DNA of 64,000 nt from a virus, in the IMG/VR virus record IMGVR_UViG_3300032294_002877, positions 116,461 through 180,460 of that record, one strand, 5' to 3'. The position numbers and the translations under genes are program-made. Within the stretch, counting starts at the first letter, position 1. Every line of letters begins with the position of its first letter. This document shows positions 1 to 8,504 of this stretch, piece by piece. Under the pieces are notes generated by a model, which worked only from the letters and a program-made list of their open reading frames with translations, searched no databases and was not told the DNA's origin.

Positions 1-1
1 A

Positions 2-256
2 TCTTGTGGTAGCAGCAAAACGTCTAGATGTATCACTAAAGACGCTATAACACTAAATGCTTCAGTTAAAAAATCTGATAGCGAGCTGAAAACAATCGGA
101 GATTTAGCAAACAGAAATAGAGATAAAATGAGCGAGGACCAAAAGATTAATCTATATAATAAGCACAATGACTATAAAGACAAAACTCCTCAAAAAGAAC
201 TACCAAAAGGAATGACTAGAATGAAAAAACCAGGAGTAAAGAACAAATGGACATGA
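2..256 (+). CDS. 3' end of a small protein truncated by the window edge; possible FmdB-like Zn-ribbon protein
   Basis: Frame 2 is open from base 2 (SCGSSKTSRCITKDAITL...KPGVKNKWT) to TGA 254-256, overlapping the next start. 'CGS' at the start resembles the second knuckle of a CxxC ribbon. Confidence 0.55.
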   Translation, partial: SCGSSKTSRCITKDAITLNASVKKSDSELKTIGDLANRNRDKMSEDQKINLYNKHNDYKDKTPQKELPKGMTRMKKPGVKNKWT

Positions 257-603
257 ATGACATAAATCCAGATTTTAGTAAAATGGATGATGAGACACTT
301 AAAAATTTCCTAAAAGATCATTACTCTTCCCAAGACTATGCACAAAATCTCAGTGACGAACCAGAAAAATTATCATTATCCCCATACGAAATAGTTTTTA
401 ATGTCACGGCTAATGTTTTACAAGAAAATGAGAAAGGAGAAAAATTACGATCAAAACACATCTCTACTAAATTCTATCACATTCCCGTTCCTGTGGACGG
501 CGACTATAATGTATTTATGGAATCTTTTTTTAAGTTTCTGGAAGAAAATCTAGCATCCGCAGCTAATAAGGCGTACGAAGAGAACAACCCCTATAAGAAA
601 TAA
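247..603 (+). CDS. hypothetical acidic protein (118 aa)
   Basis: ORF tightly packed in the + strand operon; no recognisable motif. Confidence 0.7.
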   Translation: MDMNDINPDFSKMDDETLKNFLKDHYSSQDYAQNLSDEPEKLSLSPYEIVFNVTANVLQENEKGEKLRSKHISTKFYHIPVPVDGDYNVFMESFFKFLEENLASAANKAYEENNPYKK

Positions 604-608
604 ATCAT

Positions 609-986
609 ATGGAAAACTTTATTCATCAGCATAGCAAACCTAAAAACCAAAAAAACTTAAATGAATATTATTGCATGATAGGTGAGGAAGATTTTCTTGA
701 TAAAGAGAACTATCCTAGATGCAAAGACGAAGCATCAAAAAATATTTGTGCAAAAAAAGTTATCAGAACAGACGGTACTGCTAGATATAGTATCAAAACA
801 TCAGAAGATAGAAAACTTTTGAATCCTTGGTCTATATTTGACCCTAAGGATAAAAAATTCTTAGATTCTATATCTAGAAACCAAGATCCATTTATAGACG
901 TTAATTACAATGTTTTTGGATTATATATCAAGTTCTTAAAAACAAAAAATGTAGCGTACCTTAACAATGCAGAAAGAGAGATGTGA
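609..986 (+). CDS. hypothetical protein (125 aa)
   Basis: Operon-packed ORF with 5-nt and 3-nt gaps to its neighbours. Confidence 0.75.
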   Translation: MENFIHQHSKPKNQKNLNEYYCMIGEEDFLDKENYPRCKDEASKNICAKKVIRTDGTARYSIKTSEDRKLLNPWSIFDPKDKKFLDSISRNQDPFIDVNYNVFGLYIKFLKTKNVAYLNNAEREM

Positions 987-989
987 TAC

Positions 990-1328
990 ATGGCTAGATT
1001 AAACAAAACGCAAATATATGCAATTCAATGGCTTAATAGTCAAAATAAAAGTCCCGATCAAATAGCTGACGAACTCACACTATCTGTTGAACAAGTTACA
1101 AAAACAATAGAGAAACATTCAACTAGCAAAACAGATGATGATGCTATCAAAACAGGTAAATCGCCAGTTAGTAGGTCTCATAATTTAATGATAACAGAAA
1201 CAGCCAATAAGGGCACAAAAAATGTTGCGATCATGACAAAAGAAGCATCTCAGCTTAATGATGAACTAAAGAATAAGGCAGCAAATCACCCACTAACAGA
1301 GAAAGCTATTTTTAGGCCAAGGCAATAA
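990..1328 (+). CDS. putative helix-turn-helix DNA-binding protein
   Basis: N-terminal LNKTQIYAIQWL...KSPDQIADELTLSVEQVTKTI matches an HTH pattern. Confidence 0.6.
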   Translation: MARLNKTQIYAIQWLNSQNKSPDQIADELTLSVEQVTKTIEKHSTSKTDDDAIKTGKSPVSRSHNLMITETANKGTKNVAIMTKEASQLNDELKNKAANHPLTEKAIFRPRQ

Positions 1329-1763
1329 ATGTTACAAGATCCTAACAAGTATATTTCTAAATACTCTAATGGGAAAGAAGTATCCGCTGCTCAATATATA
1401 ACAGAACTGATATGTGAAAATAAAGCCAGATTACAAAAAATGGATTTACACTTTAGATTTTGGACTAATAAAACATGGTCTAAATTCTATAGAGATCAGA
1501 TAGCAACATCTAATAAGCTGCTGAAAAAATATGAGCCAAAAGCTATTATAGCAGCATTACGGGATCAGGAGGCCTCAAAAATATACTCTTTGCGGGCTCC
1601 TCATCTGATCGCTATTATAGACAAACACAAGGAAATACTTGACCAACAAAACAAAGATTTCACATTATCCGTTGATAGAAAAGAGCAAAAATCTTTTAGG
1701 ACGGAATCTCAAAAAAAATCAGGCATACTATCAAGACTAAAGGATATAGATAATGACAATTAA
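1329..1763 (+). CDS. hypothetical protein (144 aa) upstream of the recombinase
   Basis: Starts directly after the previous stop and overlaps the recA start. Confidence 0.75.
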   Translation: MLQDPNKYISKYSNGKEVSAAQYITELICENKARLQKMDLHFRFWTNKTWSKFYRDQIATSNKLLKKYEPKAIIAALRDQEASKIYSLRAPHLIAIIDKHKEILDQQNKDFTLSVDRKEQKSFRTESQKKSGILSRLKDIDNDN

Positions 1764-2769
1764 AGAAGATATAACTAAAAATTTTGGCGATAATATTGTT
1801 TTAACCGGTAATGCAATAGTAGACAAAAAAGTTCTCACTATACCTGTTAGTCCATCTCTAGATATTATTCTTAATGGAGGGATACCAGAAGGTAGTTTCG
1901 TTATATTAACTGGACAGCCAAAAAGCGGAAAAACTACAACATCACTAGATTTTGCTGCTAATGCTCAAAAATTAGAATATGCACACGGCTCCTTCAAAGA
2001 CGGTAGACAGGTATACTATCTAAATATTGAAGGTAGATTGAAAAAGAGAGATCTTGAGGGCATACCAGGACTTGATCTAACAAGATTTCATGTGATAGGA
2101 AGTCAACAAGGTAAAATTCTACACGCAGAAGAATACCTACAGATAGGCGAAAAAATCATTAATGAGGTTCCAGGATCGGTTGTTATTATAGACTCATATT
2201 CTGCGCTATGCACAGAAGCTGAGATCACTAGCGATATGGATAAAATGCAAAGAGCAGATGGAGCAAAATTACTAGCTAAATTCTGTAGGAAAGTAGCAAA
2301 TGTTATACCCGTAAATCAAAATATTGTAATAGGTATTACTCATTTAATGGGTAACCCAACAGGCTATGGGGCTGAATTTAAAGAAAAGAGCGGTCAGGCT
2401 ATAGCGTATCAGACAGATATTAAATTACGAGTAAAAACTTTCAAGCCTTGGACTTTGAGTGCAGATAATACTCAGATAGGACAAGAAATAGAGTGGCAAG
2501 TAATATGTTCGGCATTAGGCCCTCCTGGAGGTACTATTACGTCTTATCTCAGATATGGCCAAGGCATAGATAAATATATGGAAGCCATATCGTTGGCCTC
2601 TGACCTCGGTTTAATTCAAAAGGGTGGAGCATGGTATACTCTTGTTAATACAAAGGATAAGCCAAAGTTTCAGGGTACAGAGAAGATACGAGCATTTTTA
2701 TTGGAAAACCCAAGCGAATATGAGAATTTAGTCGTAAGTATTAAACAAACTATGGGAATTAAATGCTGA
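1753..2769 (+). CDS. recA: RecA/UvsX-like recombinase
   Basis: Walker A GQPKSGKTT, Walker B VIIDSYSAL, SPSLDIILNGGIPEG, GGAWY C-terminal motif. Confidence 0.92.
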   Translation: MTIKEDITKNFGDNIVLTGNAIVDKKVLTIPVSPSLDIILNGGIPEGSFVILTGQPKSGKTTTSLDFAANAQKLEYAHGSFKDGRQVYYLNIEGRLKKRDLEGIPGLDLTRFHVIGSQQGKILHAEEYLQIGEKIINEVPGSVVIIDSYSALCTEAEITSDMDKMQRADGAKLLAKFCRKVANVIPVNQNIVIGITHLMGNPTGYGAEFKEKSGQAIAYQTDIKLRVKTFKPWTLSADNTQIGQEIEWQVICSALGPPGGTITSYLRYGQGIDKYMEAISLASDLGLIQKGGAWYTLVNTKDKPKFQGTEKIRAFLLENPSEYENLVVSIKQTMGIKC

Positions 2770-3185
2770 TTAAAGATCTGGATAACTTAGGACATACTTG
2801 GCATATTACAGGACATATATCCAAAGGACGGCTGACGAATAAGTCTAGCTTGCATTTGGCCGCCCGAGAGGTTATAGTATCGGTGTTCCCAACGCTACAA
2901 GTTCTTGAGGAAGTAACAATACCTCTCAGGAGGTCTGAGACTTTATATCTAGACTTCTATCTGCCTTTAAAAAAGATGTGCATAGAAGTGCATGGAGAGC
3001 AGCATTATAAGTTCACACCATACTATCACAACAATATGTTGGCATTTTTAAAATCTCAAAAAAGAGATAGAGAAAAAGAGGAGTGGTGTTCTATAAATTC
3101 AATTTCATATATAGTATTCCCTTATGATGAAACTCCAGAACAATGGAAACAAAGGATAATGAGCGATGACACAAAAAACAACTAA
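2763..3185 (+). CDS. Vsr/DUF559-like PD-(D/E)xK endonuclease
   Basis: LYLDFYLPLKKMCIEVHGEQHY...QKRDREKEEWC motif pattern. Confidence 0.75.
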   Translation: MLIKDLDNLGHTWHITGHISKGRLTNKSSLHLAAREVIVSVFPTLQVLEEVTIPLRRSETLYLDFYLPLKKMCIEVHGEQHYKFTPYYHNNMLAFLKSQKRDREKEEWCSINSISYIVFPYDETPEQWKQRIMSDDTKNN

Positions 3186-3660
3186 AGAAGAAATACAATA
3201 TTGGGATAATATATTAGATGAATATGAGACATCATTAGGTCTCAGCAAATATTCCGATACACATAGTTTTACTGAGCAGGAACTCAATGAATATTTTTCA
3301 ATGAATAGAGACGCTATAGAAAAACTTAATCCTGAAGATTGTGCTCAAATAGCATATAGACTTGCTCAGTATGCATTTTTCTTACAAAGGACCATCAACA
3401 GAGAAATAGCCAGATATAACTGGGCGGATGAAAGCATCAAGGAAGTAATCGCTCCAGAGATCAACAACTATAAAGGATATGGATATATTGAAAAATCCTA
3501 TCAAGCAATTAAACAAAACGATAGAGCGTCCGGACTCAATAGTATAAGAAAATACGCCAAACAAAGAATTGACAGACTATCATATCTGGCTAACAATATT
3601 AAAAATCTATCAGACGTCATCATGTCTGTACAAAAGAATAAGGTGAAACATGGATCTTAA
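3166..3660 (+). CDS. helical protein, possible UvsY-like recombination mediator
   Basis: All-alpha/coiled-coil pattern, size and position just downstream of recA; function is inferred from context. Confidence 0.4.
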   Translation: MTQKTTKEEIQYWDNILDEYETSLGLSKYSDTHSFTEQELNEYFSMNRDAIEKLNPEDCAQIAYRLAQYAFFLQRTINREIARYNWADESIKEVIAPEINNYKGYGYIEKSYQAIKQNDRASGLNSIRKYAKQRIDRLSYLANNIKNLSDVIMSVQKNKVKHGS

Positions 3661-4057
3661 TGATATGTCCAAAAATCCAGAACAGATTAAGCAGTTAATA
3701 TCTCTTTTACAGCAACTATTACCACAAGAATCAGATAACCAAGCTGATGAGTCAGATTCAAAATCTGAGACACAAGATAGTGGTTATAGCGATGTTATGA
3801 GAACTAAAGGTCAAAAATCACGGAAAAATCAACACAACAATAAGTTCTTAAGTATGAGAGAAAAGGATATGCATAAAGAAGACACGAAAGTGGATAAGCT
3901 ATTATGTAAAAATAATCCTGTTTCTAGAAGTAGGGAATTTTCTTTGGTTAAAGTTACATGTCGTGTATGCGGTAAAACAGAAGAAATAAATCCTGTCTTA
4001 CTGTTTGATAGTCCTAATAGATACAAATGCAACAATTGCTCAACAACTTCAGGGTGA
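3650..4057 (+). CDS. hypothetical protein with C-terminal Zn ribbon
   Basis: CRVC...CNNC pair; sits directly before the helicase. Confidence 0.65.
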   Translation: MDLNDMSKNPEQIKQLISLLQQLLPQESDNQADESDSKSETQDSGYSDVMRTKGQKSRKNQHNNKFLSMREKDMHKEDTKVDKLLCKNNPVSRSREFSLVKVTCRVCGKTEEINPVLLFDSPNRYKCNNCSTTSG

Positions 4058-4064
4058 TTATTTT

Positions 4065-5534
4065 ATGATTTTGTGTGACCCGTCAGCTGAACGTGCTGTT
4101 CTCAGTGGGATCTTTCATTATGGAGAACAAGTATATTTAGATATAGCCGATCTTGTCAAAGAGTCTACTTTTACTATTGATAGCAATCAATATATATTTA
4201 AATGCCTAAAAACTATTTGCGAAACCACACAACCCAAATCGGCAATAGATATAGCATCTATCTACTCGGTTGCTCAGGACCTTGGTTTGTCGCATGTATT
4301 TAATCAAAAAGAAGAGGTTCAGCACCTAAAAGCAGTCAAAGACTTTCCTGTTAATATAGAAAATATACGAAAATTTGCAGCCAAAATTAAAAAATTGGAA
4401 ATAGCCAGATCTTTACATAAAGAGATGGAAGTTATACAAGAAAAGCTTTTGGATGTTAACGGATCAGAGTCTGTTACAGCTATCATGAGCATAGCAGAAG
4501 ATTCCATATTCAACTTTGCCACAAATATTTCTGGCGACAGCGATGAATCTCCAAGCCAAATCGGTTTAGGAATAGAAGAATATATACAGTTTTTACAAGA
4601 AAATACTATTGATCAGGTTGGTATTCCAACAGGATTTCCTGTATATGATCAAGCTATTGGCGGAGGTTTACGTAAAGGCACAATTAATGTTATAGGGGCA
4701 AGACCAAAAGTTGGAAAGACATTATTATCAGACAATATAGGATTTCATATCTCAAATAAGCTTAAAATTCCTGTCTTGAATATGGATACAGAAATGAGCA
4801 AAGAAGATCATATTCATAGAATTATAGCAATGAACACAGAGATAGAAGTAAATAAGATAGAGACCGGTAAATTTTCAGATTCTCCAAGCAATATAACAAA
4901 AATCAAAGATACAGTAGCAGAATTAAAGCAAACACCATTATATCATAAAGTCATAGCCGGTAAGCCGTTTGACGAACAGCTAGCGATAATGAAAAGATGG
5001 CTCATCAAAGAAGTTGGTCTTAACGAAGATGGCACAGCGAAGGATTGCGTAATAATCTATGATTATCTAAAGCTTATGGATAGTACAGGAATATCTCAAG
5101 ACATGAAAGAATATCAAGTATTGGGCTTTATGATGACGGCACTTCACAACTTCGCTGTCAAATATAAAGTTCCTATACTAGCATTTATCCAATTAAATAG
5201 AGATGGTATTACCAAAGAAAGTACCGATTCTGCTAGTGGATCCGATAGAATTATATGGTTGTGTAGTAATTTTAGTATTTTCAAACGAAAAAGCGATGAA
5301 GAAATAGCCGAAGATGGTGGTAAGTCTGGAAACAGAAAATTAATACCGATTATCTCAAGACACGGTGGAGGTCTGGACGATAACGACTATATTAATTGTC
5401 ACATGAAGGGTTGGTGTGCTAAGATTACAGAAGGACAGACCAAACTGGAAATAATGAACAATAACAAAACTGAACAAGATGGATTTATAGTTGATGAAAA
5501 CAATAATGAAGAACAAGTCATACCTTTCGTATAA
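4065..5534 (+). CDS. dnaB: replicative DnaB-like DNA helicase
   Basis: Walker A GARPKVGKTLL, MDTEMS, IYDYLKLM, QLNR, ASGSDRI. ATG 4065 is preferred to the ORF-track start 4005, which overlaps the upstream gene. Confidence 0.9.
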   Translation: MILCDPSAERAVLSGIFHYGEQVYLDIADLVKESTFTIDSNQYIFKCLKTICETTQPKSAIDIASIYSVAQDLGLSHVFNQKEEVQHLKAVKDFPVNIENIRKFAAKIKKLEIARSLHKEMEVIQEKLLDVNGSESVTAIMSIAEDSIFNFATNISGDSDESPSQIGLGIEEYIQFLQENTIDQVGIPTGFPVYDQAIGGGLRKGTINVIGARPKVGKTLLSDNIGFHISNKLKIPVLNMDTEMSKEDHIHRIIAMNTEIEVNKIETGKFSDSPSNITKIKDTVAELKQTPLYHKVIAGKPFDEQLAIMKRWLIKEVGLNEDGTAKDCVIIYDYLKLMDSTGISQDMKEYQVLGFMMTALHNFAVKYKVPILAFIQLNRDGITKESTDSASGSDRIIWLCSNFSIFKRKSDEEIAEDGGKSGNRKLIPIISRHGGGLDDNDYINCHMKGWCAKITEGQTKLEIMNNNKTEQDGFIVDENNNEEQVIPFV

Positions 5535-6651
5535 TCAATTTCAACTAAAACATTTATCGGATGTTTTATGCGACGATATAACGAATTTATTAGAAGCTCT
5601 TGGTGTCGATTTGTATAAAGATTTTGGTAAAATGATAGCTATGAGCTGTCCAGTTCATGGAGGAGACAATGAGTCGGCATTTAACTTATATCATCAAGGA
5701 GAACACTATAGAGGCAATTGGAAATGCAGAACACATAAATGTGAAGAAACATTTAAGGGTTCTATTATAGGATTTATTAGAGGCTGTATATCTCATAGCA
5801 AATACGGATGGCAAAAACCCGGAGATGAAATGTGTTCTTTCCAGGAGGCCCTCCAGTTTGCAACAGATTTTACTAAACAAGATCTAAAATCTATTAAAAT
5901 TTCCAAAAAAGCAAAAGAAAAGAACAGCTTTATTAACTCCGTTAGATATATCAAGAATACCAATAGTAGTATACTCAATAAGGTTAATAGGTCTTTTATA
6001 CGGCAGAATTTATCAATTCCGTCGGAATACTTTGTATCAAGAGGATTTTCTTCAGAGATTCTACAAAAATACGATATTGGTGAATGTACGAACCCAGATA
6101 AAGAAATGTATAATAGAGCGGTAGCGCCGATATACGACAACGATCACAAGTATATGATAGGGTGTACTGGTAGGAGTATATTTGAAAAATGTGAAAATTG
6201 TAAAGGTTTTCATGAGGTATCAGTAGTTTGTCCATCAAAGGAAGAAGCCTGGAAATACTCGAAATGGAAACATAGCTATAAATTCAAAAGCGAAGAACAT
6301 CTATATAATTTCTGGTTTGCTAAAGATTCCATAAAAGAATCATCTACAGTTATATTAGTAGAAAGTCCGGGAAATGTATGGAGACTAGAAGAGGCCGGTA
6401 TCCATAATTCTGTGGCTATTTTTGGATCATCACTAAGCGATAGACAGAAAATGATACTGGATACCTCAGGAGCAATGACTATATTTACATTAATGGATAA
6501 TGATGACGCCGGAATAAAAGCAGAAAACCAGATTATAAATAAATGTGAAAAAACCTATAACATAAAGAAGATCCCCTTTAATTATCCAGATATTGGGTCG
6601 ATGACAATAGCGCAAATACAACAGGAAATCTCACCACTACTAATAGGATAA
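5491..6651 (+). CDS. dnaG: DnaG-like DNA primase
   Basis: Zn-binding CPVH...CRTHKC, YFVSRGFS, IGCTGRS, TOPRIM ILVESPGN and MDNDDAG. The true start may be ATG 5506. Confidence 0.88.
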   Translation: MMKTIMKNKSYLSYNQFQLKHLSDVLCDDITNLLEALGVDLYKDFGKMIAMSCPVHGGDNESAFNLYHQGEHYRGNWKCRTHKCEETFKGSIIGFIRGCISHSKYGWQKPGDEMCSFQEALQFATDFTKQDLKSIKISKKAKEKNSFINSVRYIKNTNSSILNKVNRSFIRQNLSIPSEYFVSRGFSSEILQKYDIGECTNPDKEMYNRAVAPIYDNDHKYMIGCTGRSIFEKCENCKGFHEVSVVCPSKEEAWKYSKWKHSYKFKSEEHLYNFWFAKDSIKESSTVILVESPGNVWRLEEAGIHNSVAIFGSSLSDRQKMILDTSGAMTIFTLMDNDDAGIKAENQIINKCEKTYNIKKIPFNYPDIGSMTIAQIQQEISPLLIG

Positions 6652-6654
6652 ATA

Positions 6655-7437
6655 ATGCTAATTTTAGGAATATCAGGAAAGAAACAATCCGGTAAAACAA
6701 CATCCGGTAACTTTATTTTATCTGTGTTTATGACTAATTTAAATATTAGCAAAAAAATACATATAGACAATGATGGACAAATAGTTATCTCCGATCTTTT
6801 CGGAAATGAACAGTATGCTGGGGTATTCGATCTTGCTAAGAATATCAACAGTACAGACTATCTTATACAAAAAGCAATAGATACACTAAATCCACATGTT
6901 AAACTATATAGCTTTGCAGATCCGCTCAAACAAAACATATGTATGGATATGCTAGGATTATCATATAATCAATGTTATGGTACTGATGAAGATAAAAACA
7001 CATTAACATCAATACGGTGGGAAAACATACCAGGATATAATACATCTTCTAAATACGGATCGCATGATCCTAGCGGATTCATGACCGCGAGACAAGTAAT
7101 GGAAATCGTTGGTACTAATATTTTCAGATCAATGAAAAAAGACGTATGGGTCAACGCAACACTAAATAAAATTGCCAAGGAAAAACCTAAACTAGCGATT
7201 ATTACAGATTGTAGATTTCCTGACGAAATCACAGCTATAAAAAATCAAAACGGAAAAACAATAAGACTAACAAGATCAAAGTTTATTTCTGATCACGAAA
7301 GCGAATTAGTGCTAGATAAAGATAGATACGATTGGTCTAATTTTGATTTTATTGTCGAAAACAGCGAAACAAGTATATATGATCAATGTATCGAGTTACA
7401 AAACATTTTAACACAATTATCTAAAGCGACATCATGA
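6655..7437 (+). CDS. deoxynucleoside monophosphate kinase
   Basis: P-loop GISGKKQSGKTT, SFADPLKQ, TARQVMEIVGT, IITDCRFPDE, H-x-SE, as in T4 gp1-like dNMP kinases. Confidence 0.85.
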   Translation: MLILGISGKKQSGKTTSGNFILSVFMTNLNISKKIHIDNDGQIVISDLFGNEQYAGVFDLAKNINSTDYLIQKAIDTLNPHVKLYSFADPLKQNICMDMLGLSYNQCYGTDEDKNTLTSIRWENIPGYNTSSKYGSHDPSGFMTARQVMEIVGTNIFRSMKKDVWVNATLNKIAKEKPKLAIITDCRFPDEITAIKNQNGKTIRLTRSKFISDHESELVLDKDRYDWSNFDFIVENSETSIYDQCIELQNILTQLSKATS

Positions 7438-8477
7438 TAGTAACATATTTTCGTAGTTCTTCGTATAATACCCATTCTATGTGTGAGCAGCAGTACTTTG
7501 CTGAATACGTCTTGGGGTGGCGAGGTCTTTCCGGACAAAAGGCCGATAAAGGCACTATTGTGCATAAAGTTTTAGAGATTTTAGCCGTGATAAAAAAGGC
7601 TCTTCAAGATAAAATTACTAATGTAGAAGATGATATTATTGGTAAAATAGACTGTAATAAATATGATTTAGATAATATTATTAAGTCTGTATATAAGTAT
7701 TATTCAGAAGCGAACGCTCATCATAAGTGGTCTCAGAAAGACTACAAAGATTGCCATGCATGGGTCTATAAGGCTATAGAATTTAATAATGGGATGTTTG
7801 ATCCAAGGAATCGGAACATATTGTGCCCAGAGCAACATTTTGATATAGAGATCAAAAAACCCTGGTCTGCGTATTCTTACGACACAGATGAGGGGAAATT
7901 AGAAGGATATTTAGCCATTAAGGGCACAATAGATTTAATCACACTATTAGATTCAAATACCATAGAAATTATTGACTGGAAAACCGGTAGAAGACTGGAT
8001 TGGGCAACCGGTCAAGAAAAAACACAAGAGAAACTGGAAAATGACCCTCAACTAAGAATATATCACTATGCTATCAGTCATCTTTATCCCGAAATAGACC
8101 ATATCATATTTTCTATCTATTTTATTAATGATGGTGGTCCGTTCTCTATTTGTTTTGATAAATCTGATTTGCAAAAAACAGAAGATATGCTACGCAGAAA
8201 ATTTGAGATTGTCAAAAACACTAAGCGTCCCAAACTTAATAAAAGTTGGATGTGCAATAAATTATGTCATTTTGGTAAAACAACATTTGAAAACACTGCG
8301 ATTCAGCCACAAATAGAATATAGAGATAATCAAATTTGTAAGACCGGATCTGTAATGACTAAATGCGAACAAATAAAACACGATATGGACTTGCACGGCA
8401 TGGATGCTGTGGTAAACTTATACAAAAATCCTGGTCACTCGTTTGGTAAATACAAAGCACCCGGAAGCACAGAATGA
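7434..8477 (+). CDS. PD-(D/E)xK exonuclease (RecB/AddB/Cas4-like, probable Fe-S Cys ligands)
   Basis: GTIVHKVLE, GTIDLI, IIDWKTG, QLRIY; one N-terminal Cys and a C-terminal Cys cluster (CNKLC...C). Confidence 0.82.
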   Translation: MIVTYFRSSSYNTHSMCEQQYFAEYVLGWRGLSGQKADKGTIVHKVLEILAVIKKALQDKITNVEDDIIGKIDCNKYDLDNIIKSVYKYYSEANAHHKWSQKDYKDCHAWVYKAIEFNNGMFDPRNRNILCPEQHFDIEIKKPWSAYSYDTDEGKLEGYLAIKGTIDLITLLDSNTIEIIDWKTGRRLDWATGQEKTQEKLENDPQLRIYHYAISHLYPEIDHIIFSIYFINDGGPFSICFDKSDLQKTEDMLRRKFEIVKNTKRPKLNKSWMCNKLCHFGKTTFENTAIQPQIEYRDNQICKTGSVMTKCEQIKHDMDLHGMDAVVNLYKNPGHSFGKYKAPGSTE

Positions 8478-8487
8478 CCCCCTATTT

Positions 8488-8495
8488 AAAGGAGA
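8488..8495 (+). promoter_or_regulatory. Shine-Dalgarno site for ATG 8505 (true start of dnaE N-part)
   Basis: AAAGGAGA, 9 nt upstream of ATG 8505. Confidence 0.8.
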
Positions 8496-8504
8496 CAGAC
8501 TGAG

